DNA from: Octopus sinensis
Taxonomy: Eukaryota
Direction: 5' to 3'
Length of the DNA stretch: 64,000 nucleotides
Assembly: GCF_006345805.1 (NCBI RefSeq)
Contig: NC_043007.1
Coordinates: forward strand, 57,660,001-57,724,000
Positions 27,900 through 42,473 of the stretch are shown in pieces (position 1 is the first letter of the stretch; every line of letters starts with the position of its first letter). Below the pieces are notes generated by a model, which had not been told where the DNA came from, ran no database searches, and saw only the letters and a program-made list of their open reading frames with translations. Both the position numbers and the translations under genes were made by a program.

Positions 27900-30190
27900 A
27901 AAATTACAAAGAAAACTACCTCACGAGATCCCCAGGAAACGTAGTTTTAAATGTACCGAAATCCATCTGCCAAAAAGAAGACCAACTTCAGAAGTTTTGT
28001 TTGTTTACAAAGCCACCGATGTAAGAAAACAACGGAAAAGAGAGCTGGCGGAACACATACAAAACCATAAAAACAGATATCCTGATGGTGTAGTAGGCAT
28101 CAGAAGAAATATCGATAGAAATTTTTACAAAGAACTGCTTGCAGAAACACCCGTATGTAACCAGAGTGTCGGGATATTCAAATGGATAATGAAAGTATGG
28201 AATCCATACTGTAACTGACTGATCCATCAGAGGATCACAACAGTACGAGACCGTCGAGTGAGAAAACTCATAGTCTCTTGTATGGTAGCACAATCCTTTT
28301 CAAGATTTTTTACTCAGAGACAAAGCAGCGAGAAACAAATCTTTCTCTTCTGCTGACACCCCCCCCCCAGCAGCAACAACACCAACAGTAGAAACACCAG
28401 TAGCATCGACAACAGCATACATCAACAGCAGCAGCATCAACAACAGCATGCGGCTACAACAGCAAGAATGACAGCAAATGCAACGCTAAAACCTGCAACC
28501 GCGGAAGCAGCAAAAACAGAAAAACAACTGGAACAACACCGCCCTAAACAGCCAGCACATCACCAACAACAACAACTGAAAACCTCTAAACAATAACAAT
28601 CAGAACAACAGACTATAACACCGCAATATATGCCCGTCCCCGGTTGGGACCATTCAGACGTGTCGAGTGGCGAAAGTGACTGTAAGAAAAGAAATGTTAA
28701 AAAGTAAGAAACAAGAGGTAAAAACTGATCTCCAGGTTGAAACAGTTACACATGCACAATTGAAGATGCAACAAAGAGTAGTTTTAGAATGGAGAAAAGA
28801 ATACGAACTACCACAACAATAACAAGAACAATAAGAACAATATTCTTTCGTTTTCTGATATTTGGGGTCAACAACGGTGACTCGAGGTTCTTATTTTGTT
28901 TACATATAAATACACGTTATGCTTGTGTTTACAGTGGTGGGTTTCAAAGTATGGTCCACATCATTCTGACATATCTCAATTAAATAATTTAGTAATTTAA
29001 TGCTATAACACATTGCTATCCATTTAATACTTTATATCCGTTATTCTATATTTTTCTAGTATAGGTTTTAGCAGAAAAAACAAGCAATCGATCCGGTCCG
29101 TTCCATTTGCTGTCCCTTGTCAGAAAATCCTCCTTATTACGCCTTCCAACAAAAATGAATCCTCTGTCCTTCTATATTATGTTTAACAATATACCTGATT
29201 CCCCTGATAGATAGATGTATATTTTACATTTTTGTTTTTTATTTTATGCGTTTGCAATAATTTATTTTTCTTATTCTGTCCCTTAAGATCATATCCCCTT
29301 AGTCATATTGCTTTAATTATCGTAATCACTCACATACTCATTTATTTATTTATTCATTTATTTATTTCTTTACTTGTCTAGATTTAATTTAATTTAATTT
29401 AATCTAGTTTGAATGGTATTTTGCTCTCCTGCTTGCCCATAGTGGCCACGGTGTCTTTTATCCATTTATTCTTTAATTAATTTATTTACTTATTTATTTA
29501 TCTCATTTGTTTTTGTGTTATCTGTTAACCATCAACGAACCAGAATCGCGTCATAGATTAAAAAAATAGCTGACCAATTAGATTGCAGGACTAACCATAA
29601 CCACTGCACACAAGGATTCAGGGACTTGTTGATCGAAAAAATAACAATCACAATCAAACACCGTACTTTGGTCACCACCTGGTGCCATACACTCTTTAGT
29701 ACTAACTGACACCTCTGAAACACGGACCATACTTTCAAACCCACCACTGTAAATACAAACATAACGTGTATTTATATGTAAACAAAATAAGAACCACTGC
29801 CTAAATTTACCCTTCCTAAAAAAAAAATCATCCTTAGAACAAATATACATACCTATTCACCACTGGACAAAATAACATGAATCTTGGAAGGCAACACTTG
29901 AAGCATATGACTTATTTCTCCTTACTATATCAAATCCATTTTACTAAATTTTACTCCTCTCACACTCCTAAGTCTTACTCCTATTCTTCTTATGCCCACT
30001 TCAATAAGAAAAATATACGGTACCAATTAGTAACTGACTCTTGTATGTATCGGCTCTCCTAACCATTTAGACCCTCTGATGAAGCCTAGAGGCACACTCT
30101 ATCTACCCATCCCTACAGAACACTGAAGAAATGCAGCTAGCATGGAGAATATCGTGGCCTCTTGGCAGGAGCGGCCGTAAGGAACTGACT
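27900..30190 (+). mobile_element. Possible rearranged LINE relic (ORF1-like segment, A/C-rich linker, 3' segment)
   Basis: Protein-like ORF 27997-28218, low-complexity linker 28350-28620 and internal inverted duplication; family not determined. Confidence 0.3.
28886..29795. repeat. 72-bp inverted repeat (28886-28957 and 29724-29795)
   Basis: 69/72 identical in reverse complement; also visible as FLFCLHINTRY in ORFs on opposite strands. Confidence 0.92.
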
Positions 30191-30596
30191 TTTTAATCTT
30201 TTACTGTTTGATGTATTACTAGTATATACTATGTATATACTAGTATTTGATGTATTACTAGTATACTAGTAAATACTAGTATATATTTGTGTAACACAGT
30301 CTTTGCATGTGCATGTATTCTTATAACACTCCCTTTTGTTTTGGAATAGACATAATAGAATGTCTACTGGCTGATGTATGTCATTTTTCTATCCACCCCA
30401 TTTTCTTTTTGCTGTATAGATTAAGAATAAATAATTTAACCCCTGCCCATATATGACATTCAATTGCGAAATTGCCACGCACTTGGGTATTAATAATTGG
30501 GCATCCTACCAGCAGTATATTGGATAGGTGCTATCCCTTTGTTGGTTGGCTTCCCAACCTCTAACTCTCCCAGAAATATATATTTATATATATCGC

Positions 30597-31002
30597 TTTT
30601 ACTCTTTTATTTGCTTCAGTCATTTGACTGTGGCCATGCTGGAGCATCACCTTTAGTCGAGCAAATCAACCCCAGGACTTATTCTTTGTAAGCCTAGTAC
30701 TTATTCTATCGGTCTCTTTTGCCGAACCGCTAAGTTACAGGGACATAAACACACCAGCATCGGTTGTCAAGCGATGTGGAGGGGGGCAAACACAACACAC
30801 AAACATACACACATATATATATATATATATACATATATACGACGGGCTTCTTTCAGTTTCCGTCTACCAAATCCACTCACAAGGCTTTGGTTGGCCCGAA
30901 GCTATAGTAAAAGACACTTGCCCAAGGTGCCACGCAGTGGGACTGAACCCGGAACCATGTGGTTCGTTAGCAAGCTTCTTACCACACAGCCACTCCTACG
31001 CC
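30597..31002 (-). mobile_element. SINE family A, full length and best preserved
   Basis: Reverse complement aggcgtaggagtggctgtgtggtaag..gggttcagtcccactgcgtggcaccttgggcaagt..gcccgtcg-(TA/TG)n-..cagtcaaatgactgaagcaaataaaag. Confidence 0.95.
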
Positions 31003-31048
31003 TATATATATATATATACACGCCTATACATATATATATATATTTATG

Positions 31049-31084
<36 letters not shown>

Positions 31085-32355
31085 TACATACACACTAGAA
31101 GAAAGGCCGCCCTCCGGGCGGTTTTCTGCTAGCCCTTTGATAATATTTTCACATTTGATTCCCATTTCTAATAATTTTCACATTTTACCTCTAATTACTT
31201 CTTTGTATAACAGTGCTCACTTGCTTAGTAAATATTCGTTTCATTATTTTATCACAGTCATAATCTCTCTTTTTTCAACAAACATCACAGTAGTCCAACG
31301 ACAGAGGGAGAAGCAGTTTGTCAAGTTTTACCTTCCCTTCAAAGCAACATAGAAATTTCAATTCAGTAGCCCATCTGTAAGCTTTGCAGTGTGTATGTCA
31401 GACAGAGTCAGAACAATGAATGAAATAAACATGAAATGAAAAAATCGCATAAATAAAAGGGCATTACTACAGGTGTATACGCCCCCGACTTTGTTTCCTC
31501 ATAACATCCAGAAAAATGGATACTTTTTATCAACATTTTCTACAAATACCGCATAGAATTGTGGCTTCAGAGTATATAGGGATTTATGGGAAAGTATTCT
31601 TGCGACTGGGTGGAGAGAGGAGTTTCAGAAAATTCACACGATCTGACTTTGAAAAATTATACAAATCTTTTTCAAACGGCGTTGATTACGATTATAAAAA
31701 AATTTGCGGAGAAAAGGTTTTTCGTAGATTTTCTCCATCTTTTTTTAAACCATAGCCTTCGAAATGATGGGATTATGGGGCATCTTTGCATGAAAAAAGT
31801 TTTGAAAACTCTTTTTTTTTTCCGCCCACCTCCTATATCATCCCACTCCGGACCCATTTTGGCCTTTTTTCTTTTTTACACTTCAAAACCATGGGAAGAG
31901 CATTTTCGGCAAAAATTATTTTTAAAAGTTAATATTTTCAGAGGGAAAAATGATTTAAGGGCGATTTGGCTGTTGTTTCAAGCACATCCAAAGACAATCC
32001 ACCCACGTTTCTTTATTACTGTCGCATGTACTAGTGTTTTTATATATATTTCCCCATAAATACATTCATACGCTATAAAAAAAAAAATTGAGAAATTATG
32101 AATCTTTTGAAACCCCACTCCATGCCTCCGATTGTTTCTGTTTAGAAATTAAAATACTGGAGAGCCTGAGAAGGTCATTGCTGATATTTATCCAGTGTGA
32201 TTTTTAAAAATTACGGAGATGTACTTGCATAACATGTGACATGATGTGAGATCGTGTGCTGATACAAAAGAAATTGCAGCGAGGAAGATGTTTGTAAACC
32301 ATTTAAGAACACACAAATACAGTTAGGTTCACTTCAACATTAAAACTTCATTTGG

Positions 32356-32400
32356 GTCAAAATATTTTCGTTGCTTTGAAACCACGACTTCTTCACTGAC
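32356..32400 (-). ncRNA. Hammerhead-like relic with non-canonical core
   Basis: guca-GUGAAGA-a-gucg..caac-GAAA-AUAU-UU^ugac. Stem I guca/ugac and palindromic AAUAUU stem III are present, but position 3 is G and stem II has a mismatch. Confidence 0.45.
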
Positions 32401-32466
32401 AAATCTTCACAAAAATGATGCAGCACGAAGTTTTGTCACTGAACAAAACACACACACACACGCACG

Positions 32467-32515
<49 letters not shown>

Positions 32516-33273
32516 ACGTACGTACGTACACGCACACACATTCATTGCCTTTCATTTGTGTGTATGTGTATCTATGTGTATGCGCGAGTGTGTATTGGTG
32601 TGTGTGTGTGTATGTGTGTGTCACTGTTGAAGGAAACTGCGAAAAAGGTGCAAGTTTCGAGTACTTGTCGGAAACATTTTTTTCTCCTTGTCTTCTAATA
32701 GTAATTACCCAATTTTCTAGGCGCTTCTCACAGCTATCCCGCGTTCAAAAATTATACGGGTATTTAAAAAAAATTTCATTCAATAATGTTTTTACATTAC
32801 GTATACATTAATAGCCAATTAAAACTTAAAATAGAAAGTGAGAGACTTTGCAAATGAAAATGGAATACTCCGCAGTGAATGCAGTGAATATTTAAATTTA
32901 CGAGAAATTGGAGTTTAAAAATTCAATAAACTTGAGAAATTGAAATTATTGGAAATTTCTTGGAACATGAATTTATAAAAATATTTCCAGTCAACCCTTT
33001 AATAATTGCTTTCTTTTAGTGCTTTTAGTAACTGTTACACACCTAATTAATAATAAGCAGCGTTCTCCATTATAACGTATGTGCACGCGCGCGCACACAC
33101 ACACACCCATAAATATATATTAATTTCAAATTACGATGAACGTAAATAAAGCATTGAGATGTCTTAGAAAGTTAAAGAAGTGATTTTAAATTCTCAAACG
33201 CAACATAATGTTAATAATATAGCCTAAGCAGGATAAACTACCTCTATTTGAGGAAAAATGTGTTGGCGGCCGG

Positions 33274-33316
<43 letters not shown>

Positions 33317-35559
33317 GTAGGTGACATGCGAGTGAGTGTATATTTATAAAAAAGAAGTTTGAAAACGCCACTATATAAGATAAATTTTTATTTTCTTAGA
33401 GATTTTACTTCTTGAAAAAACGAACCTTATCAAAAATATTTTTAAAAGTTAAGTGTAATAAAAAAGTTCACGATTACAGCCAACGATTCTAGTCAACGCA
33501 CAAGACAGCCATTATGATACCCCTCCCCCACTTGAAAAATGACTCGACTTCATCACACGCATATTTATTTAATGCTATGACAGATTTTTATTTTAAACAA
33601 CAAATCAACATGAAAATGTACCAGCACTATCACAACTATATTGACGAAACCGAAAAGCAAACTAGAAATAACGACTAAGTCTACCTCAAATCAGAAGCTA
33701 ATCATGTTAAAGAAAGGTTATATTGGATAATGTCGTCCTAAATACAATATTCTTAGAAACAAAAGACGAAAAGGTCACGGACGGAAAACATTTGGTGATC
33801 ATTCTGCCGATCGTGGTTGCACATGGGGCTACACAACACAAACCAGAACAACATAAAAAAATGCTATTAATCAACAATCGTAAATCAATAGATGCAAACA
33901 AAAAGCGGATACTGTCGATAAGTAATGAAAGACATAAAAACACTAACAACAAAAACAGTAGCAACGACAATAACAAATAACAATACCAGCAACAACAACA
34001 ACAACAACAGCGGCAACATTAACAAGAATAACGGTAATAAAGTTATTGTTAAACAGGCGTTGGATGACTGTCAACTGTAGTGAAAGCTAAGATAGAGAAT
34101 TAAATGTTTAGCAAACAAGACATCGGGAATTCGTGTGAACGGCCATTAAGGAGGAACTTGAAGAGGTGTTTATGTGAGTGTATGTGTGTGTATTTGTGTA
34201 TGTGCGTGTTTATGCGTGTGTGTGAGTGAGAAAGAGTGAGAGATGAGAGAAAGAGCTTTGTAAATAAGATTTAATCGATTGATTGTATGTATGAGTGTAT
34301 ATATGTGTGTGTGCGTGTGTGTTTATGTGTGTGTATGTATGTATGCATCTATCTATATATATGTGTGGGTGTGGTGTGTATATGCGTGTGTGTGTATGTA
34401 TAATATAGACACACTCACACATACATGTATACATATGTGTAAGTGCATTCATGTACTCACTCATACACATTCATATAAATAAGCATATATCCATGTGTGT
34501 GTGTTTGTGTGCGTGAGTGTGTGTGTATATGTGTGTGTCTGTGACAGTGTCTGTGTATGTAAATATATATCGCTTTTGCCAAAGACAATGCCTGAAGGCT
34601 AGGTTAATTAAACATTGTATCGAACATCCTTCTCCCATCTCACAACAGCTATTTATCATACTGTCGTTCAACTCTAAGTAAACATTCAACTGCCACTCGC
34701 TACTAATAGCATGATGCCTGATTTGATGTATATATATACATATGTACCTATGCATATATAAGTATACATATATGCATACAGCCCTCTCTCTCTCTCTCTC
34801 ACTACACACACATATATATATACATATACATACATATTTATACATATGTACATACATAAATATACATATACATGCACATATGCACATTTATATGTATGTA
34901 TATATATATATATATAAATCAATACACATGTATGTATACATTTATGTATGAGAGTACGCAATACACTTAAGTTAGATTGAAATAATATTTATTAAAAGTT
35001 GAATCTGTCTGAGCCGCTACTCGGAATTTTTCGTTCTTGGTTATCAGGTGATGATGATTTGTGAAGTGTGCAAATATATACAAACTAAGGTGGGTTTCCT
35101 CATATCGTACTGAATACTATTTGGTGACAATTATAGGTTCCATATATGGATGTTTATCGATGTTTAGGAAGATGAAGTAAAATTTCTATAGAAATATTTT
35201 ACACAAAACGTATTCAACTATATAACTTTCCATGAAAAATTTCTCGTAAGGACCCCTGTAGTGTAACTATAGTCATACAAATCTATGGAAACTAGTGAAT
35301 GGTAAATAACTTTTCAGCTAGTATTCTTTGACTTTAAGGAGATTTTGACAATAGAGATCTGTAAAGTATTAATGTCTAAATAAGTTTATTTTTGGCATAG
35401 TTAAATTCTGAAGATATTGTGTTATTCGGTGCTTCTATTATTTCTATATTTTAAAAGAAACATTTTTTTATTGATTGTTAGTATATACGCATGAAGTCTC
35501 TCGAATATTGTGTCTGGGAGTGATATTTTGAGGATTTGAAAGCAATTCCTCTTATTTAT

Positions 35560-35720
35560 AACTTTATTTTTGGTTTGATTCACTGAATTAGCCAGTGGGA
35601 AAAGTCCAAGTGGATGTCCTTTCCATCGTTACAAAGACCAACTAAAATCAGCTCTGAAAACGGTTGAAACTGGAGCAAAAACTGGAGCTCAAAACCTCTC
35701 CAAGTAATGACACTCTAACA
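35560..35720 (+). mobile_element. RTE-type LINE ORF2 C-terminal fragment
   Basis: GKSPSGCPFHRYKDQLKSALK resembles the RTE-type G.R.RGRP..RYKD motif. Confidence 0.5.
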
Positions 35721-35810
35721 AGTCAAGAGAAATTTGGAGAAAAACTTGAAGTAGACAACTGTACATGGATTCAACAGAATGTTAGGTAACAGTCCAATTA
35801 TGTAAGCTGT

Positions 35811-35867
<57 letters not shown>

Positions 35868-35899
35868 TGAAAATATACCGACTTCTCTCTATTCTTGGA

Positions 35900-36090
35900 G
35901 GTGAATACTATTTATCTATCTATCTCCGTTTATTCCCTCGTGTTCCTTTCTGTTGAAGAGCGTAAACTCGAAACGTAAAAGACTTTCTCACCCTCCAGAG
36001 CGTCAAACTAATACACCTGTTTGTTGTTCATACATCTGTCTTCGTCTTTTGTTTTTCTGAAAATTTCACCTATATATATATATATATATA
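35900..36090 (+). mobile_element. PLE-type end with minimal hammerhead (CUGU core variant) at 35946-35981
   Basis: cuuu-CUGUUGA-a-gag-cguaaa-cuc-GAAA-CG-UA^aaag, then gagcgtcaaactaatacacctg, ending in (TA)n. Confidence 0.7.
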
Positions 36091-36439
36091 CATTTTTAGT
36101 GTAATATATGGACTTATAGAAGCGTGTGGCTATTACAGAAAGCTTCTCTAGCGGAATCGGCTAACAAACTACAAAATAATCCCAATACAGTGGGAGGCAG
36201 AGTTCCATGCAGCTGAAATCCAGGATACCCAATCGATTAAATCATTTCCTGAGAGTTGAATCGTTGGTGTAACCATGATGTTCTGGTTATCTGATGAATT
36301 TGCTTTCTTTATCTGCGTTAATTTGTGTATACAATATTGTATTATATAATGCAATAATTGCATAATCCCTCCTTATAATAATGTTTTTCTTGTTTCCTTT
36401 CAGGTTAATTCATTCTATGATCGTGACGATTTTCCATTT

Positions 36440-36910
36440 TAAAACGAATGTTATGCTCTATGTCCGAGGGAATATAAAGAGTGTCGTCTATTATGAAATG
36501 TCAAACCAAAATGAAACAGTTAGCGCAGAGATGTATTGCTGTCAATAGGAAGCATTGCACAAAACTTTTCCAGAAAAGCACTTTATCATTATTCAGTCGT
36601 AAAGGGATGTTGCTCTTGCACGATAATGCATATTGCCCACGTCACTCAGAAAAATAAATTATGGCACTAAATATGAAAGTTTTGCTTCATCTTCTTTACT
36701 TGCCTGACCTTGGTCTGGTTGATTATCAGCTTTTCAGATCCATGCAACATTATTTAGGAGGAAAACTGTTTCTTAATAGTGAAGAGATTGAAAAGTATAT
36801 TGAATGTCTTTTGAATCGAAAGGTGAGGAATTTTACACCCGACGGGTCAACAATTTAACAAATAGGTGGGATTGTTATGAATGATGAGGGGAAATGTTAT
36901 CATGATTAAA
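36440..36910 (+). mobile_element. mariner transposase 3' half, degenerate
   Basis: SVVYYEM..NETVSAE, LLLHDNA, VLLHLLYLPDLGLVDYQLFRSMQHYL (decayed HPPYSPDLAP.DY). Confidence 0.8.
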
Positions 36911-38790
36911 TGGGTCAATTAGAGAAGCATATGTTTCTTTCCCATATTGAAACGCGACAGGACTCTCCTATCTAATAGCTACTTGCATGATTTCAGGACG
37001 TTTACCATTGTCAGCTTCCTTTCAACCGTCACTCATAAGTCAAATTTACGGAATATTATTATAAATTGTTGCCACTCCATTTACCCATTTTAATGCCAGC
37101 AAGGTTTCTGTCACTGAGATGTTGAAGTACTATAAGTATTATCAAAATCGCTTGTACTATTTCTTTTTGTCAAGTATTTATGATTAAAAAGGTGATAGGT
37201 TATTGTTTTATGATGTTATCTAGGTGAACGTTTTGAATAAATTGGATTGCTATTGGTAGGGTTCCAGATCACTGAAGAGTAACAAAAATTATATTCATTT
37301 GGATATGTCTTCAATAATCAGTTTCCGACGTATTTGAAGAAGTTTGTAACCCACCACTGATTACACGGATTGTATGTCCTATGTTTGAATCTATGTTTAT
37401 TTGATTGCAGTTCGTGTGTTTGTGTCTATTTATTTTCAGATTGTTCTTATTGAAATCACTGTTGACTTCATATATCGCCCGCAATATTTTTATAAAAAAC
37501 TATGATGAAAGACATTCTAGCTGTAAACATCCTATCTTTACTTTTCAGACATAATGCATGTAGGGCGGACTGCATTATCCATTATGTCCTTTAGGTTTCA
37601 AAATGATAAAGTGTGATTTCAGAGTGATTTGGCTGCTATATGTAGCACGGTTGAGTGACCACGTAAAAGCTCCCTCATGGTTTTGTTGATTGTGTTGTTA
37701 TATTTGTTGTTGCAATAAGACACCAACTGATTTTGCCACTCCTATTTACAAAATGACATAGGACTCTCGAAATTGATTTAGAAATCAATAGAAGAAACAC
37801 AAACATTACATGAGCAATCTTGGACAAAAACATGAATAGTCAGGTTTTCCCTATTTCCATACATCATTCTCTACCGCATCTCAAGTCTAAGCAGCAAAAC
37901 TACGACATAAATAAATAGCCCTTCCCCACCATCCATATGCTCGAATTTTGTCGCGTAACATTTAAGGAAAGGCTTTCAGAGACATGATGAAGAGCACTGC
38001 CGATGATGGATTATGTGAGGGGAACATGATAATGTGTAATGATCGTAACTTTCAGTTGTTGTCCTTTATTACCCACATACTAGAAATGTTTGTCAAATAA
38101 AAGCAAACAGCTAGTCGCATGAAACCATAAGCAACAGTTTGGAATCTCACTTGTTGTACACTCGGACAGACATACACGCACACATACGTACACATTCATA
38201 TATACATATATCTATTATATAATACATACAAATACAGACATACAAGTATATATTCATATACATACACAACACACACACACATATGCCCTAAATAGTCTCT
38301 ATGCAATTCAAATAAAAAAATAAGTACAAGGGCGTATTGAACACTTATGTCTTTGTATGATAAAACAATAGAAACAATATAATTATGTGCGTATGTATGC
38401 GTGTGTGTGTGCTTATGTGTGTACAATTATACGTGTTTGAGTTTATGTATGTCTGAGTAAGTATGTACGTGTGTATGTATGTGTGTGTGTGAATGTGTAC
38501 GAATGTAGATTTGCATGTATGTATATATAAAAGGCAGTCCGTCTCAGCAGTCAAGAACAAAAACTACGTAAATCGGAAAGACTCACCGGTGCGATAATAA
38601 GAGAAAAGAGTAAATTAGAAACGAGAGAAGATAGAGGCGAACAGAGAGATAAAGGAGGTGGGCCGAGGAGGGTATGAGGCCAAGAGTAAAACTGATAAAT
38701 ACAAGTATAGAGAACAAAACAGTAAGCGAATAAGTGGGCGGGGGCGAGTGTGAAGAACAAGTGAGAAATACAGAAGGAGAGAGAGAGAAT

Positions 38791-38827
<37 letters not shown>

Positions 38828-39310
38828 GGGTGACTGGATATAGAGAGGAAAGAGAAAGTAGTGAAGATCAGCATCAAAAGGAGAATCAATGGCACGGTAA
38901 ATATTGCTATTGTAACTTAACTGCCAAGATCGAAATGATTAACACAATAAACTGACATCTAGACATTTTACCTTTGTTGACAGGGTTTATTTTCTTCCCT
39001 AATAGCCCACCATCCATGACCTACCACAACGACTCGTCCCTACCTCCTACACACATACACTTTTATGCTGTTTTGGTTCGGGAGATTCCGTCTTCCATAT
39101 TTCTTGTTTGTCTTATCTTTCTATGTACAAAACAATACAAAAAAAACCCCCTAAGAATTGACGATTGACTTTCGGCCACATTGTAAAGGCAACTTAATGG
39201 ATAATGGACGAGCTCTCTTTCCGTTTCTCTCTCACTCTCTCTTCCTCTCTCAGTTTCCCTACTTATCTACTTATAACAATAAGTGTGCTTGTATGTGCAT
39301 ATGTGTATCC

Positions 39311-39403
<93 letters not shown>

Positions 39404-39459
39404 ATATTAAATCATGAGCCCATATATGTATATGTATATATGTATATATATATATATGC

Positions 39460-39506
<47 letters not shown>

Positions 39507-39578
39507 CGTCCTGTACCCATATATGCATTTGTATACATATGTATATATATATAAATATGCATATATATACATATATAT

Positions 39579-39637
<59 letters not shown>

Positions 39638-40301
39638 ATTATTATTGATTGAGCGCCACGCATCCATTTCCAAGTAAGTTTATCTTAATCTTTTTGATGC
39701 GATTCTACTCTATACTGTTTTCTTCCCCATCCGTTTCTCTAATTCCCTTTTTCTCCCCTTCACCGTTTACTATCTGTTTGTCTGTCTGTCTGTCTCTCCC
39801 TCTCTCTCTCTTTCCCTCTCACCTCTTCACTATCCCGCTGCTCACACGTGATCATCGTCCATCTTTCTTTCCCTCACCTAATCATCTTTCTTTTCCTTCA
39901 GGACTTTCCAAGGGACTGGACGTATTCCATCTCATTTATCTTTTCTCTCGTCAAAGAAAATATTTCACCAGTGTTCGCTATTTTACACTCGTTCTGGTCT
40001 AACGACCTTCGATGTTTGTTTTCGTTCGGTTTCCTTGCATGTTGCCACTATCCTGTTTTTGTTCCCAAATTTGACCCTCCATAAATCTTTTTTTTTTTGG
40101 GGGGGGGGGGGGGTTCTTATGGGAGCAACTGTATCCGAAGACTCATATTGTCGTTCAATGATTAGAAATGAGCAGTAGATAGACAGCTGATAACTGATGA
40201 AGTTATTTGTCCTGTTTTCCATTCCTTTCTCTCGTTGTTTGTGTATTGAACTCATTTGTTTTCGTATTTCATGTTGTTTACTGTTGGTGACGTCCCGTAC
40301 C

Positions 40302-40384
<83 letters not shown>

Positions 40385-40487
40385 CATTTATATTATATAT
40401 ATACATATACACAGATATATATATATATGTATATGTATATATGTATATATACATACATACACACACACACACACACATATATATATA

Positions 40488-40603
40488 TCACGTGATCACG
40501 TGACCGACCAGGCTATTAGATGTTGCTACACATCGCTGGTCATAATGCGGCTTGGCATTGTTTAAGCCTTCAAATGACGCCACCCCGCTGGCTAAGCGAG
40601 CAG

Positions 40604-40608
<5 letters not shown>
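40488..40608 (-). mobile_element. Probable LINE 3' end with short tandem tail
   Basis: GC-richer 120-bp island between (TA)n tracts; minus strand ends in cacgtgat-cacgtgat. Confidence 0.35.
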
Positions 40609-40667
<59 letters not shown>

Positions 40668-40829
40668 CGTAGTTGTATATGGTGATATATACGTATTTAT
40701 ACGCACACACGCACGTTTATAGATATGAATATGAGTGTGTGTGTATATATGTATGTATGTGAGCGTGTGCGCATGTATGTCTGTGTCTGTATATGTGAAT
40801 ATGCGTGTGGGGGGGTGTATCTTTTATCT

Positions 40830-41090
40830 TTTACTTCTTTCAGTCACAGGACTCTGATCTTATTGGGGCCTCAGCTTAAAGGCTCTTGTCGAACAAATCG
40901 ATCCCCTCGCTTTTCTCTTTTAAAGCCTGGTCTCTTTCGTCGAACCGCCAAGTTAAAGGATATAAACAAACTAGTACCGACTGTGAAGAGATGGTGGTTG
41001 ACAATCACATACAGAAACACACGCGCGCACACACACACACATACATACACACACGGATATACGTGAGGAGTTTCAGTTTCCGTCTCCCAG
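40830..41090 (-). mobile_element. SINE family A, partial
   Basis: ttcagtcacagg..gtcgaacaaatcgatccc..cgaaccgccaagtta..tttcagtttccgtct. Confidence 0.75.
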
Positions 41091-41113
41091 ATCTAGTCGC
41101 AGGACCTATACAA

Positions 41114-41171
<58 letters not shown>

Positions 41172-41201
41172 GGACAGAGGGGGGAGATGGATGGATGGAT
41201 G

Positions 41202-41244
<43 letters not shown>

Positions 41245-41245
41245 C

Positions 41246-41326
<81 letters not shown>

Positions 41327-41466
41327 GATGTATAATGAAAGGATTAATCGAACGTAACTATCCTAGTACGAAGTTCTTCATCTCTTTTTGTAAAGCCTGG
41401 TACCTATTCTATTGGTCACACACAAAAGTACACACATAGTCATATATATATATAGATATATATATA

Positions 41467-41509
<43 letters not shown>

Positions 41510-41849
41510 CGATAGCCTCACACACATATACAAACGTCCACGCGCAAACGCTTGCACATACACTCACAATACACGAAATGCACATCTCTACAAAATGCAC
41601 TCACTAGGTTACTTATACAAATACACACACACATCCATATGCCCAGAAAGGCCCACATAATTTCAAGCTCGCTCACACATACATTCATGCGCGCTCGCCC
41701 CCATTCACACAAACAAACTCACACCATCCTCACATACACACGCGCTTGCACACCCTAGTTCAGCCGGGTCACTCTTATTATTGTCTCCTTTTCAGTTAGC
41801 CTCTTTCTCCCAGTGACTTGGTCGTGATAAACCGTTAATCCCCACATAT

Positions 41850-42005
41850 TTTTCTCTCTTCATTTTTTCCCTCTCTATCCTTTCTGTCGAAGAGCTCAGG
41901 CTCGAAACGTCAAAGACTTTTTCATTCTTCCCGAGCGTCAAGCGAATACACCTGCTTGTTGTTTCCTCCCCTGTCTTCATTAATTTTCTGTAAATTTGAA
42001 CTAAT
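41850..42005 (+). mobile_element. PLE-type end with minimal hammerhead (CUGU core variant) at 41880-41915
   Basis: cuuu-CUGUCGA-a-gagc-ucag-gcuc-GAAA-CG-UC^aaag; flanks homologous to the 35900 copy. Confidence 0.75.
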
Positions 42006-42027
42006 TAGATGTGTGTGTGTTTATATT

Positions 42028-42178
42028 GGCCGGGTTTCTTTCAGTTTCCGTCTACCAGATCCACACACAAGGCTTTGGACGGCTGGTGTTAAAGCAGAAG
42101 ATACCACATAGTGGAACTGAACTCTGAACTATGTAGTTGGGAAGCAAACTTCTTACTACACACCCAACACTGCGCCTA
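42028..42178 (-). mobile_element. SINE family A, 5' half
   Basis: tttctttcagtttccgtctaccagatccac..gttgggaagcaaacttcttactacac..ctgcgcct. Confidence 0.75.
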
Positions 42179-42184
42179 CAGGTA

Positions 42185-42291
<107 letters not shown>

Positions 42292-42300
42292 TATCTATCT

Positions 42301-42359
<59 letters not shown>

Positions 42360-42360
42360 G

Positions 42361-42402
<42 letters not shown>

Positions 42403-42407
42403 GAGAG

Positions 42408-42473
<66 letters not shown>

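Noticed and set aside
30070-30110. ctgatgaagcctagaggc: hammerhead core 5' half plus stem II
   Set aside because: No GAAA follows stem II and no stem I partner is visible; at best a deleted relic.
30200-30290. Short repeats rich in tactagta palindromes
   Set aside because: A small local slippage duplication; no regular spacer structure, so not CRISPR-like.
31380-32140. Possible non-autonomous DNA element ending in ctagt near 32031, with ORF 31586-32059
   Set aside because: No matching terminus, subterminal hairpin or second copy in the window; the ORF is not protein-like.
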